This document shows positions 1 to 13,874 of a stretch of DNA of 64,000 nucleotides, piece after piece. This stretch comes from Eledone cirrhosa (Eukaryota), in assembly GCA_964016885.1 (NCBI GenBank), contig OZ024745.1, positions 91,140,001-91,204,000 on the forward strand, written 5' to 3'. Made by a program: the position numbers and the translations under genes. The notes under the pieces were generated by a model. That model was not told where the DNA came from. It was given only the letters and a program-made list of their open reading frames with translations, and searched no databases. Within the stretch, counting starts at the first letter, position 1, and the number at the start of each line of letters is the position of its first letter.

Positions 1-112
1 TATGTATATATATATGTATATATATGTATATATATATATGTATATGTATGTATATGTATATATATATATATATGTATATATATATGTATATATATATATA
101 TATATGTATATG

Positions 113-145
<33 letters not shown>

Positions 146-163
146 ATATATATATATGTATAT
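1..163. repeat. (TA)n/(TATG)n microsatellite
   Basis: Pure TA/TATGTA low-complexity tract. Confidence 0.95.
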
Positions 164-430
164 ATCATCATCATCAACGTTTAACATCCGTGTTACACGC
201 TTGCATGGGTTTGGATGGGGGTTTTCCCACTTGAGGCAAGAGTGATTGTCTTGCTCGCATAGGACTGTCTGGCAGGTTTTCTACAGTTGGATGCCCTTCC
301 TAACACCAACCACATTTACAGTGTGGGTCTGGGAGGTTTTAACCGTGTTGCCTACACGGCCACATTACAGCGTGGACTGTGTGTTTTTTTGTCGTGACAC
401 CTACACGATCTCATTTGTTTCGGCTTGGAT
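164..430 (-). mobile_element. SINE 3' portion (family A-related) with RTE-type (GAT)n tail
   Basis: Reverse complement ends cccatgcaagcg...gatgttaaacgttgatgatgatg; shares ggatgcccttcctaacaccaacc with family A SINEs. Confidence 0.7.
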
Positions 431-433
431 TTT

Positions 434-764
434 GAGGCACATGGCTTAGTGGTTAGAGCATTGGCCTTGCAATCGAAAGATTGTGAGTTCAATTCTCAGA
501 CCGGGTGATGTGTTGTTTCCTTCAGCAAGACACTTTATTTCACATTGCTCCAGTTTAATCAGCTGTAGAAATGAGATGATAGGGACTGGGGTGCATATCA
601 TTCCACTGCAAAGTGGTCGTGGAGGTGCCACGGCAAAAAAGCACCCAGCACTCACTGTAAAAATGAGGTTGGTGTTAGGAAGGGCATCCAGCTGTAGAAA
701 TCAAGCCAGAATCAGTTCCTGTCTCACCCTTGCAAGCAGGGAAAAAGAGGACATAAAATGAAAT
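434..764 (+). mobile_element. tRNA-derived SINE family A (CORE-like middle, RTE-derived tail)
   Basis: A box TGGCTTAGTGG, B box GAGTTCAATTC, CORE-like ttccttgagcaagacacttta region, tail acccttgcaagcagggaaaaag shared with the RTE LINEs here; near-identical copies at 3521 and 26709. Confidence 0.9.
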
Positions 765-1507
<743 letters not shown>

Positions 1508-1723
1508 AGTATATGCAAAAGTTCTATTTAAATTGTTGGGATACAACAAGCAAATATTTTTATAACTAATATAAAGCACTCAACAAGTATTTGGCGTAAA
1601 CATACGATATTAACAAATGGAAATTATATTTATAAAACCATATGACTATCCTGGAGCTTCCAACAGTAATGGTTGCATTTTTTAAGGGTATGTCAATATT
1701 TATTTATATATATATATATATAT

Positions 1724-1898
1724 AGGTAAGTTATTCCGGGTTGAATCGGAGGTAACCACAGTAAGTAAGGTACTCAATACATAGCAGAGTATAAAAGTTT
1801 TAATATAGATGAGATTCTACAGGACTAGAACTGCTTCATTCTTTAGAGAGGATCAGGAATCTCTAAAGAATGAAACAGTGCTAGTCCTGTAGAATTTC
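1724..1898. mobile_element. Short TA-embedded fold-back element, HHR-like family D (Penelope-like, putative)
   Basis: 36-bp inverted arms 1814-1849/1860-1895 with 2 mismatches; homologous copies at 31600-31740 and 57372-57548; carries tactcaatac motif. Confidence 0.6.
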
Positions 1899-1948
1899 CT
1901 CTCTCTCTCTCCCTCTCTCCCTCTCTCCCTCTCTCTCTCTCTCTCTCT

Positions 1949-2000
<52 letters not shown>

Positions 2001-2217
2001 GTATGTATATAAATATATATATATACACATATGTATGTATGTATATAAATATATATAAATATATATATATACACATATGTATGTATGTATATAAATATAT
2101 ATAAATATATATATATACACATATGTATGTATGTATATAAATATATATATATATACACACATGTATGTATGTATATAAATATATATATATATATATATAT
2201 ACACACATGTATGTATG

Positions 2218-2259
<42 letters not shown>

Positions 2260-2267
2260 TATGTATG

Positions 2268-2298
<31 letters not shown>

Positions 2299-2299
2299 G

Positions 2300-2347
<48 letters not shown>

Positions 2348-2359
2348 TATGTATGTATG

Positions 2360-2402
<43 letters not shown>

Positions 2403-2437
2403 GTATGTATATATATATATATACACACATATGTATG

Positions 2438-2481
<44 letters not shown>

Positions 2482-2495
2482 CATATGTATATATG

Positions 2496-2559
<64 letters not shown>

Positions 2560-2570
2560 AATGTGTGTGT
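1899..2570. repeat. (CT)n followed by compound (TA)n/ACAC/ATGT microsatellite array
   Basis: Direct reading. Confidence 0.95.
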
Positions 2571-3014
2571 AATATAGTGTGGCACATAGTTATATAGGAA
2601 AACAATTGAACAGTGTAATACACACTTAATCTCTGCTATACATATGCAAATACACATGCCTTCATCCATACACAAACACACACTTTCGCATACAGACTGG
2701 AACATACATGCTTACAGAGAACATCACCAGGAATGAAGGAAAGTTTATTAATAGCTTTCAAAAGCCCATGATCAATACAAAACACTAGTAGCCACCATGT
2801 GACTAACTCAACTAGTGCATACAACAGGCACCTACAGCTGCTTCTTGGACATATTCAATCATTTACATTCCGACACACACAAATACACATTTATATAAAT
2901 GAATATATGCATCCATCCATGCATTTGTGTGTGTGTGTATATGTATATATATATATATATATGTGTGTTATGGAATACTGTTAGCTTCTCGCTAAAACAA
3001 TTTCTATTCCTTTC

Positions 3015-3016
<2 letters not shown>

Positions 3017-3099
<83 letters not shown>

Positions 3100-3113
3100 A
3101 ACATATACATATA

Positions 3114-3175
<62 letters not shown>

Positions 3176-3235
3176 AACATATACATATACATGGGTGAGT
3201 GTGTGTGTATATATATAATATGATATATATATATC
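3017..3235. repeat. (TA)n/(TG)n microsatellite
   Basis: Direct reading. Confidence 0.95.
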
Positions 3236-3383
3236 ATCATCATCATTTTTACATTCATTTTTCCACGGTGGCATGAGTTGGACATGTCCTTTTTATTATA
3301 TATATATATCTATTCAATAATATTAAGACTAAAAAGTGAATGTTGTTACTCTGGAGTTTTGCCTGGTTATCACAGTCATCAGT

Positions 3384-3433
3384 TCTTGTCTGATGACTGT
3401 GTGATAAACAGGCAAATCTCCAGAGTAACAAGA
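3384..3433 (+). ncRNA. Degenerate type I hammerhead ribozyme in a head-to-head inverted dimer (3311-3462)
   Basis: TCTTGT-CTGATGA-CTGT..ACAG-GCAAAT-CTC CA GAG-TA-ACAAGA: 6-bp stem I, intact CUGAUGA, altered GAAA box. Confidence 0.55.
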
Positions 3434-3520
3434 CTCAATTTTAGCCTTTATATTATTGAATATTAAAACTCTACTTCACTATTGAGAACTTCTTTCTCTC
3501 AATTGTCAACTACATATGGA

Positions 3521-3850
3521 TATGGCTTAGTGGTTAGAGCATTGGCCTTGCAATCGAAAGGTTGTGAGTTCAATTCTCAGACCGGGTGATGTGTTGTTTC
3601 CTTGAGCAAGACACTTTATTTCACATTGCTCCAGTTTACTCAGCTGTAGAAATCAGATGATAGGGACTGGGGTCCCTATCATTCCACTGCAAAGTGGTCG
3701 TGGAGGCGCCACGGCAAAAAAAGCACCCAGCACTCACTGTAAATGAAGTTGGTGTTAGGAAGGGCATCCAGCTGTAGAAATCAAGCCAGCATCAATTCCC
3801 GTCCCACCCTTGCAAGCAGGGAAAAAGCGGACGTAAAATGAAATGATGAT
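3521..3850 (+). mobile_element. tRNA-derived SINE family A
   Basis: Same A/B boxes, CORE-like region and RTE tail as 434-764. Confidence 0.9.
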
Positions 3851-3974
3851 ATACACACACACACACATGTATGGAGTGTATCTGTATGTATGTATGTATG
3901 TATGTATGTATATATATCCATGTTAGCATGGAAAAATGGATGCTAAATGGTGATGATAATAATGATTAATGATG

Positions 3975-4935
3975 ATTTAACGACCTTTTTTCCATGCTTG
4001 CATGAGCTAGATGGGTTGCCACGTTATGTGACAAGTTGGGTCTGGTGATCACATCTTGCTTTTATGTATCTGTATTTTGACTTGGCTCCTATGACTGGAT
4101 ACCCTTCCTAACACCAATCATTTTAGTGTTGACTGCGTGCTTTTTATTGTGGCAGCCAAATGACCACCTAATAGATGGACTGAGTTTTTTTCGTCATGTC
4201 GCAAGTACTGCCACCTTACATGTTGGAATGAGTGCTCTCTTCTTGTGTTACCAACACAACCACTTTATGGGGTGGACTTAGTGCATTTTTTCTCATGTCA
4301 TCAGCTTGACCACTATACAAGGTGAACTGGGAGCCTCTTGTCATGTTACCTGCACAATTACATTAGAGTAGATTGGTTGTCATTTTGTCATACATGGTGG
4401 ACTATATGCTTTTGTTGTGACACCAAATTGCCATACAGGGTGTACAAATTGATTTTATATAATCATCATTATCATCATTTAACAGCAATTTTCAATGCTT
4501 GCATAGTTTAGATGGGTCGTGACTTCATGAAGCTAGCCAGGTCAGATAACCATGTCTTTCTCATAGGTTAGATGAGTTGTCACATTCTGAGACTAAACAA
4601 GCAAAAGATCAGTCTACTCTGTCTTTCGTGTCTTGCTCATACTTTCCATTTTGGCATGGTTTCTATGATGTTTATGACTGGATACTCTTCTTAATGCCAA
4701 CCATTTAATGGCATGTGCTGAATTCATTTCTTTATGGAACCAACACTATTATTTGACAGCATGGACTGGGTGCTTTTTTCATGATACCAGTACTACCACT
4801 TTACGTGTGGGCTGTGTGCATTTTATTGTGACACCATTACTATCAGTTTACAGAGTGGCTTTAGTGCATTTTAACATAACTCCAACATTTCCATATTGGC
4901 TGCTAATATTGGATAGAGTGCTTTGTGGTATTTGT
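3975..4935 (-). mobile_element. Two old family A-related SINEs with expanded internal ~45-50 bp tandem unit
   Basis: Tails (catgcttgcat) near 3990 and 4495, each followed by several decayed ccactttaca..gtggactgggtgcttttt units. Confidence 0.6.
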
Positions 4936-5527
4936 TCCAGCACTCTGCTCTCTCAAATCCCAAAGAGATCAACTTTACTTTTCATCTATTCGAGGTCAAT
5001 AATAAAAGTACCAGTCTAATACTTGAGTCAATTCTTCCTCTGTATCTCTTCCTCACTTCCTTTCTCCTACTCTCTATCCTTCTCTGGAAGATATCTGCTG
5101 TACTCAGGCCTGGAGAGAGGATGGGTTCCACCATGTTTATAAATGCCCTCAGAAATGCCATATGTCAATATGGCACCCCTACAACTTCATTACCATACCA
5201 TACCACACCACACACACACATACACACACATACACACACATTATTTTACAAAATGAGATCATGTTGGGGCACTGCCTTAAAAAACTAAGTCAATTTTATC
5301 AACTCCATGAATTTTACTGATTTTCACCAATCTAGGATGAAAGTCACAGTTAACCTGGTCAGTATTTCAACTTATTGTGTAAAGGGACATAACCACAATA
5401 TATTTTCTATAAAACTCTACCAATTTTGCTAAGAGGGACCTTCAACATAGTAGTTCTGTCAGCTAGAAACAACAGCCAAATCTACCTCATCCCACATCCT
5501 TATATTAAAAGAAGGACACATCGGTTG

Positions 5528-5930
5528 TAATAATAATAATAATGAAATTATTGTGTACAGTGCTCAGGTGCACTACAACTCATCAAAGGTGCATGTATAG
5601 TACATAGAATAATGTACAAATGTCAGGAAAACAAACAGTGTATGAGTCATGATATAATAACAATAACAATAATGAAATATTGTGCACAGTGCCCAGGTGC
5701 ACCACAACCCATCAAAAAAGTGCATGTACAGTACATAGGGCAATGCACAAACATCAGTAAAATGAACAGTGCACACATGTGTGCATGTGTATGGAAGGGG
5801 CACATCAGGTGTAGTTTTGGCGTATTTCGGGAAGCATGAGTGTCTTAAAGGATGCAGTGTCTCGGCAGCTAACAATTGACGCAGGCAGTTTGTTCCATGT
5901 TTCAGCAACTCTGAGCGTGAAAAAAACTTC
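5528..5930 (-). mobile_element. CR1/L2-group LINE 3' fragment
   Basis: Translation FFTLRVAETWNKLPASIVSCRDTASFK matches the CR1-group ORF2 C-terminal pattern; duplicated 3'UTR segment and (TTA)n tail. Confidence 0.75.
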
Positions 5931-6120
5931 CTGTAAATAGGTAATAGATAAGATGACCATGGCTGGAATACCTATGATAATAGTTCTGCTCAATTAAGGA
6001 TGACTGGGGGTGCTAAACCTCAACTACTACTGTATAAATGTTAGCAAAAGAATTTAAAAACTGTTGTTAAAAAAAAAAGATTTTAATTATCGCAATAGTG
6101 CTATAGTGACTTGCTTCTGG

Positions 6121-6437
6121 CATACATATATACACACATGTAAATAGGTTGATACACACATCCATATATATACACACATATATATATATACACATACATA
6201 TACATATATATATACACATACATATATATATACACATACATATATATACACATACATATATATATACATATATATACACACATACATATATACACATACA
6301 TATATACACACATTCATATACACAAAAATACATATATACACACTTCGATATATACACACATGTAAATAGTTTGACACTTACATATATACACACATATCAT
6401 ATATACACATATACATGTAAATAGTTTAATACACACA
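6121..6437. repeat. Compound TACA/TA microsatellite
   Basis: Direct reading. Confidence 0.9.
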
Positions 6438-6724
6438 TCTTCTTTCTCTCCTCTGGACTCTGACAACACTGAAAACTTGGAAGGTTTACAAATGACAATA
6501 GTTAATGTTTAGTTTCAATTAGTATGTTAATATTTTGTGGAAAGCTGTTGGCAGAGAAATAATTCTGGAGTAATCAGATGAGACAAAAGAAACAATGATT
6601 TCTCACATTGGCACAAATGGATACATTTGTAGCTGAGAAATAGCATTAAAAGTTTAAACAAAAGTCTGTCTTAAGCCTAGAGGCTCATCAAGCTGGAGTT
6701 TATCTCAGTTTTATGTTGCATTAA

Positions 6725-6975
6725 CCCTTTCGTTACCATATAACTAATGAACAACTGTCTAATGATTTTCAAATAATTTTGAAAATCATCAAGAACTTCA
6801 AGAAATTTGGTTAATTTTCTCATTATTTAGCTAGTGTTTGGTGCATAACTTAAACATTCTTATATAATATTATGATTGAAAATTTTTAGATAAATATAAA
6901 CATTTTAAAATAAACAGATTTGCATTGTTGAACTAGGGACAGTTTCTGGTGGTTTGGTATAAAAAAAATATAAAG
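6725..6975 (+). mobile_element. Decayed TTAA-flanked MITE (second family; related copy ~27840-28082)
   Basis: TTAA-CCCTTTCGTTACC left end; internal similarity to 27840-28082. Confidence 0.45.
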
Positions 6976-7014
6976 TGACTAAAAGTACAAGATGCCAATC
7001 TGTTTCAATTTTAA

Positions 7015-7108
7015 CCCTTTAGCATTTACATTACTCTTTATATTTACTATTGTATTTTCATGGTAAACACTTTATTTCACATAATTATCTGACATAATAT
7101 CGAATCCT
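7015..7108 (+). mobile_element. Truncated piggyBac-like MITE
   Basis: TTAA-CCCTTTAGCATTTA left end; body matches 40079-40299. Confidence 0.7.
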
Positions 7109-8039
7109 TAATTAATACAGTAAGGTGTGATTTGGTTGCTATTTCTGACAAGATGTGTGTCTATATAAAGGTTCCCTCATTGCAAAGCAGTAAGGTGTTG
7201 ATTGTCCAAGAACTTTAAAATTGATACAGATGAAATGAAGAGGAATGAAAGTGTTAACAGTACTAATAACTGATATAATGAGTTTGTGTCACAGTTCTCA
7301 GTATTGTTCAAACTTCAAATTATAGTGTTGTTGTTCTGGAAAGGATACTCTTGATTGTATAACAAACAAACAAAAAAACTATGATGACAGTGTGTGATTT
7401 TGTACTGTATTATTAACTTTATCATTTATTTTTAATGGAAAAGATGAAGTTAGCAGTCTGAAGATGTTATCTAACAGTTCTGATGATATCTCATCAAAAA
7501 GTTTTAAAATATTTAATTAAGAAAAAAAAAAACTTTAAGAATCTTACAAGTATGTTTCTGTTTACCAGTAGCTTGCAGAAAAATGTCTTTTTTCTGTATA
7601 AGCCTATGTCTTCTCGTTTATGTCATACACATATTTATTAATGTCCAAATGTGAGTCAGACATTTGGCATCCTCCATATAAAGTGGTTGACATTAGGAAG
7701 GACTTACAGCTATAGAAACTATGACAAAATATGAAACATGACCTGTCTAGTTTCGGATAGAAATAACTCGTCTAACCCATGCCAACATGGAGAATTGATG
7801 TTAAATGATGAAACATTAAAAGTATGAAATGTGAAGTTGTCTTAAGCAGAATTTGAACTCAGAAAATAGAGAAATAGAATAACATTAGAAACTTTAATGA
7901 AATACCACTTCAGCTTTTCAGCCTTCTGTAGTAATATATTTACTAATGTAGATATTTTATCATACAGTTAGAATAAGGCAGGATTTGAACTCAGAATGGC
8001 AAGAGTCGTAACTCTATGCGTCAAATATAGAAGTAGTAA

Positions 8040-8260
8040 TAATAATGGATTCTGATTTAGGCAAAAGGCCAATACATTTTGTGGGAAGGGAAAGACGATT
8101 AAATTGACCTCAGTGCATTACTGCCACTTTATTTCATTGACCTCTTAAGGATGACAGGCAGTGCTAACTTTGGTGGGATTTGAACTCAGAACATAAAGGG
8201 CTATAATTATATGCCATAAAACATGTTGTCTGAAGCACTACTGACCTTGACAATCCACCA
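8040..8260 (-). mobile_element. tRNA-derived SINE family B
   Basis: B box GAGTTCAAATCCC, central ..catccttaagaggtcaatgaaa.. block, (TTA)n tail; homologous to 46207-46390. Confidence 0.75.
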
Positions 8261-8261
8261 A

Positions 8262-9212
8262 TCTCTATATATATAATACAGAGGATGTCTGTCTGTCTGT
8301 AAATAACTAAAACTCGAGAAGTACTTGACCGATTTTTTTTTCAAACTTTGCACGGGTTACTTATATTTCTTGAAGTGCAATGAGCTAGGTGGAAAAACCG
8401 CATTTTAAAGGCATTTTGAGGCTTTTTGAGGCGTAATTTAAAGATAGTCCATCCGATTTCCTCGAAATTTGCTGCACACATTAGTTAGTCCCCTCGCATT
8501 GCTGTGGACAAAAAAGTTTCTAGGAAATTTACGAATTAGCATTGGACATTACATGCCAGTTTCATTTTCAATATAAATGCTACTTAAACATCGTAAGTAG
8601 CATATAATATTTTGTTAAAAATTTGGTTTATTTAATAGAGGACAACACTTACTTACTTTTAAGCAGGACCATTTTCGGGGGATTGAGGAAATGAGGAAGG
8701 AGGACCTTAATATTTTTGTTGGTGCCCTGTTGACGCTTCGTGCTTTCATCACGCGTAAATCTGGGCCCTGTCTACGTTGCCGTGTTATTGACACCGTAAA
8801 ACTCACGTCTGTGCTACTTCTACTAAGACCCCTGTTGTTGCACCTACACCACAGTATGAACGCCCTGCGCATGTACGCCGAACAGTGGTTATGCTAATTC
8901 CGCAGTGAGCCCTTTTGTTGCACCTGTGTTGCTGTGTAAACCCAATGCAACCAGTGCCGCCCAGCGTTTGTGCTAATTGTACTATGACTCCCTTCTGCTG
9001 CAGTTGCGTTGGCACGCTGATTTCATCATCTTAATATCCCTACTTAAACGTACATCCCTACTTGGTTTTCACACAATTGACTATGTCGCTCCTCAATCAT
9101 TCCCTGAGAATAAGAGAATTCAAAAAGTACACAGCTACATTCCTCAATCTTTGCATATGTGTGTTGCTATTTCATGTTTCCTACCCCGTGTAATGCCGGG
9201 TCCTGCTGTTAG
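8262..9212 (+). mobile_element. Non-autonomous Helitron (family H1)
   Basis: 5' TC(TC)TATATATA..GTCTGTCTGTC; 3' hairpin cccg..ccggg followed by (C/T)TAG; termini shared with 19153-19787 and 45569-46188. Confidence 0.75.
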
Positions 9213-9699
9213 TCTTATATGTAATGATTGGAGGACTGCGAGACTGTGTCAAGGATATTTTTTCTGAACACGTTATTAAAATAAGTTGGATTACTTTGAA
9301 TAAATCATAAATATTCTCATATATAATGATTGCTTATTTTAAGATTCACTTCTTTTAAAATTTTCAAATGTCAATACTTCTGGTTATGATATAATGGACA
9401 CTATATCATATCGCTTATATAAATGTTCATATATTTGCATCGTTATATCATAGCATTTATATTTCCATCACTAATTTTCTCCTTTTTCCTTTTCCTTTTC
9501 ATTACATTTTGCCGTAATGTAGTTTATATAATATCATCTTTTTTAAATGTATCATGGATTACTTTTCTGATTACAGAGTGTGACACAGTCTCTCTTCAAT
9601 TTCTGGGCATATTGTCAACTACGATTTTATTTGACGTATCATATCTACATGCATGTATATTATCAGTAGGCACACTACCTTCGGGTGGTTTTCTGCTAG
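9213..9699 (+). mobile_element. Non-autonomous Helitron (family H2)
   Basis: 5' TC, 3' ggtggttttctgCTAG; homologous to 44508-45202 and 59445-60007. Confidence 0.7.
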
Positions 9700-11506
9700 C
9701 AATAATAATGATGATTTTTAACATAGGCAAAATTACAAAATTTGTTGAGTGAGATTTGAGAAGACAATAAAAACCAACCTCTCTTTTATTTAATCACCTG
9801 GACTTAATATTGCTGATAACTACAACCTATAGACACATTAAGTAAAACGTAGCTGTTCTGTATTTAACTTTGATAACTAGACAGTTTTTCATGAATAATA
9901 GACTATGCACATAAGATATACTTAAATATAAATACATATTCTCAGAGGCACACACATAAGTTATATATAGAAATATATCTGGGAGTTATATATATATATA
10001 TAGAGGGAGGGAGAGAGTGATCAAATCTTTTGAGAAAACCCAATAATTCATTTATTTGAGTAAATTATATTACCACTATATAACATAAATAGTATATTAA
10101 CACTATATATTCCAGATTGTGTATTAATACTATATTCTGTAATTAGTATATGTAAAATATAGTATACACAGTAGAGTAGCTACATAAAGAAAGTATATTG
10201 CATTTTTATATGCTAGATTGATTATTAATAATTCTTCTAGATTTGTTGTAATTTCTAGTAATGCTTATTCATCCTTAACCTTCTATACATGGGCATCATC
10301 TAGACTCAACCTAAACACCTCATGTTAACATACACTACATCCATAAACATTGACCTTAAGAACAGTTTTCAATGTGAACATAGTAACCTTTTCTCTTTCA
10401 GTAGCACATAGATGTAATTACAAAACATCAAGAAAACAGGCTTATATCCTATCCACTCTAATCATAAATAACACACAGTTAAAATTTTCAAATTCTCTAT
10501 CTCACTACATATATTCCTTCCGGCGTGCATTAGTATTTTTTTACATATTCTATGTTTAAATCTGATTTTGTGTGTTCTATGTTTAAAGCCAATTTAGCTT
10601 TTTGTCCTTTTGGTTTGTTAATAAAATAAAGTACAAGTTGATTTAACTTTTCTTTCTCTCCAGATGTATATTCTTGTAAATATGTCAGTAATGTTAATAG
10701 AGTGAGTCTGCATCTGAGACAGTCAGTTGTCTTCTCAGCCACACACATTATTAAAAAACCTACATATGTTCAAGACTCTTTAGATAAAAGTACCTATGTT
10801 TTTTGACAAAACCTTAAACCACATGTTGTGAAGATAACTCCCTAATCACACAGGCATGACTACATTACACGAACTAGGTGTTTGGATTCAAATTGAAAAT
10901 GTATATATTTTTCCTATTGAAATCTATATTAATGTATCACTGTTCATCATCATCATTATAGTTTTTATGTCTGCTTTTCTATGCTGGTATGGGTTAGCAG
11001 AAATATTTTATGTGTTTTATGGGCAGATGCTTTACCTGACACCAACCCTTTAGCTATTTCTTATAACATGCAGTGATATAGTGTACCTATTCTAAAAACA
11101 AGGATACACATATTCTGGAAATGGTTTAAGGCTATAAACCCAATTATCTATAGAATAAATTAACTTATAAAAGACATTTATTCTTTTACCGGTTTCACTT
11201 AGTTTGTGACTATACTCAGGCATAAACTTCAAAGGATTGAATTGATCATATAACCCCCAGTGCTTATTTCATCAATTTCTGTTTAGAAATATGGCTAAGT
11301 TACCTCTTTGAAATAAAGACACACACATGCACACACACAAATGCACACATATACACACACATATTTCACTCACTTCACAATATTATGTAGATAAATATAG
11401 ATGGGTAAATAGGTATGTAGATAGATATGCCTCTCTCTAACCTATTTAGTCTTAGTCACAACCCATCAAACTCATGCCAGCTTGCAATGAAAGCGAACAT
11501 AAAATG

Positions 11507-11694
11507 ATAATTGTTTCTATTTTGGGCACAAGGCCAGCAATTACTCCAGTGCATTACTGGTACTTTATTTTATCGACCCAGTAAGGATGAAAGACAAAAT
11601 TAACTTCGGCGGGATTTGAACTCAGAATGGCAATGGCCATAACTCTATGCATCAAAGCATGGCATCCAACGCTCTACCGATACTGCCAATCCAA
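11507..11694 (-). mobile_element. SINE family B
   Basis: Close match to 44604-44790. Confidence 0.85.
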
Positions 11695-11854
11695 TGCAGA
11701 CATGAACATGCATACATGATAGGCTTCCACATACAGGTCAATCTGAAGCTACATTAGAAGAAACTTGTTCAAGGTGCTATGCATTGTGATTGATCTAGCC
11801 CCAAATATCTAAAACTATATGAGGTTGTTTGTTTTAGTTTGTTTGGTTCATAAC

Positions 11855-12395
11855 TTCTTTGTTCACTTATTCCTGAAAGGGTTTGGGGCAGGGTTCTCAA
11901 ACACTCCCACATTGAATGGTTTTGATTTAGCACCATTTATCCAAACACAAATACTAGAAAATTCATACATAGACATCAGGGCAGCAACAAGCTGTTCATC
12001 GATCCCATACTCCTGCAGAACCTTCCACACCACGTCCCATAGAACATGGTTGTATATCTTTTCAAGATCTATGAAGCATCTCATCTCAAGGTCTATGATT
12101 TCTCAAAGACCTGCTGCAGTGTGAATATTTGGTCAGCTGTGCTGCATCCAGAGTGAAAACCACACTGTTCATCAGTTAGCTTGGACTCAACAATTTTCCT
12201 ACAACTCTTTGCCAGACACTTAGCATAGATTTTATTGGGGAGCCTTAATGAGGAGATCCCTCTATATAGAGCAATTTCTCTTGTCTCCTTTTTAGAAAAT
12301 TAGGATTATCACTCCTGATTGCCATTTCTTAGGTGCCTTTCCAGAGATCTAGGCCACTTGGCACACATGGGTCTGCCAGAGAATACCTTACTTAA
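11855..12395 (-). mobile_element. RTE-clade LINE remnant with RT domain (internally deleted)
   Basis: FIDLEKIYNHV..WKVLQEYGI..VWINGAKSKPFNVGV plus upstream QCGF..TADQIFT motifs; 3' end shared with 22300 and 60603. Confidence 0.8.
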
Positions 12396-12812
12396 AGTGC
12401 CATGCACTGAGGTGGTTCTAACCCAGAATCATGTGGTTGTAGCTGCGGTTGTGATGCAAACGTTTTAACCCCACATCTAAAACTGAATCTGATGTTGTTT
12501 GTTTTAGTTCGATTGGTTCGTGACTAGAAAGATGAAATAAGTTTACAATGAACATTATTGGGCACTTCAGAGGTAAATTTACTGAAGATTACCCATGACA
12601 TCTTTCACTCTCAGATGATATTTTTGCCAGTCCTTTGATGTTATTATGTAATGTTTTTATTGAAGTCCAATGTGAAATTTATGTTGGTAATAAAACAGAC
12701 CAAAATGCTCTTTATTATACATCTTATTTGTATTTTCTCTGCAACCTTTGATTCCTTTTAGCTATGTTCATAAGCAAAAATATATTCTTTCTCAATCATA
12801 CATCTATGTAAA

Positions 12813-12879
<67 letters not shown>

Positions 12880-13874
12880 TATATATATATGCACTCGCAC
12901 ATATGCGTACACACATATCTACTTTTATGCATGTGTGTACATAATCATATATTCACTTACACACAAAATTGTGCATATTTTCTTCTCGTGTGTGTTTGTA
13001 TATGTGTAAGAGATGCAGAGAAAGAGATGAAGAGTACAATTACATGTACTGTTATATAAGTAAAAAAAAAAGCCAGACATTAATGGTTTTAGTTGTATGA
13101 AGCAGGTTATATTGAAGTAGCTCATTTATTCACCCACAACACCAGGAAGCTATACATCAAGTCATGTCATTTGTATTTCTGATGAAAAAGTTATTTGAGG
13201 CCATGTGATTTAGTCATCAGCTTGATGAAGAATATATATTGAAATCTCTAACAATTTATGAATTGTTATGATATATAGCCACAAATTTACTCATTGAGAA
13301 ACTTTTTGATCTACATCTATAAATATACACACAGGCACATAAGCACACACACACATACATGCACACAACACATGCACACACACACATTTACTCACTCATG
13401 CACCCAAATACACATATGACTTCCTGGTTTGTAACTTTCAAGTTGTATACAAAGGATATAATAATATTTCCAGTAGGATTTCCAGCTGAGTGGCTATATA
13501 TATTATGAGTTCAAATTCAGCTACTACTGCTGTTGTTTAGCTTTGCTGAAGCAGATCCATAATCACAGTGGCTTTTTTATCCAAACATAGTGTGCCTTGG
13601 ATCGCATTATCCAAAGAGTCCTTTTCTTTGTTAAGATTGTAGGGTGTGGTTTGACTGAGAATTGGCTGCTATTTCTAGCTGTTTCAGCAACCACAGAGTC
13701 TTCTTTGTTGGCTAGACTTTGAGCTATATTCCTTTTAAAATGACAGTTCCCCATTTAACTCAGTCAATATTTAAAAAGGTTATCATTTTCACTTCATTAT
13801 AGAATATGAAAAGGACATCTAACTGGATATTTGTTCGTGAAACTGGAGGCTTTATTTCATTTTATGTTGTTGTT

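Noticed and set aside
434-505. tRNA gene (TGC anticodon-like loop)
   Set aside because: Acceptor and anticodon stems do not pair and the sequence continues into a SINE body; it is a SINE head.
7455-7500. CTGAAGA and CTGATGA with small hairpins
   Set aside because: No GAAA box or stems I/III.
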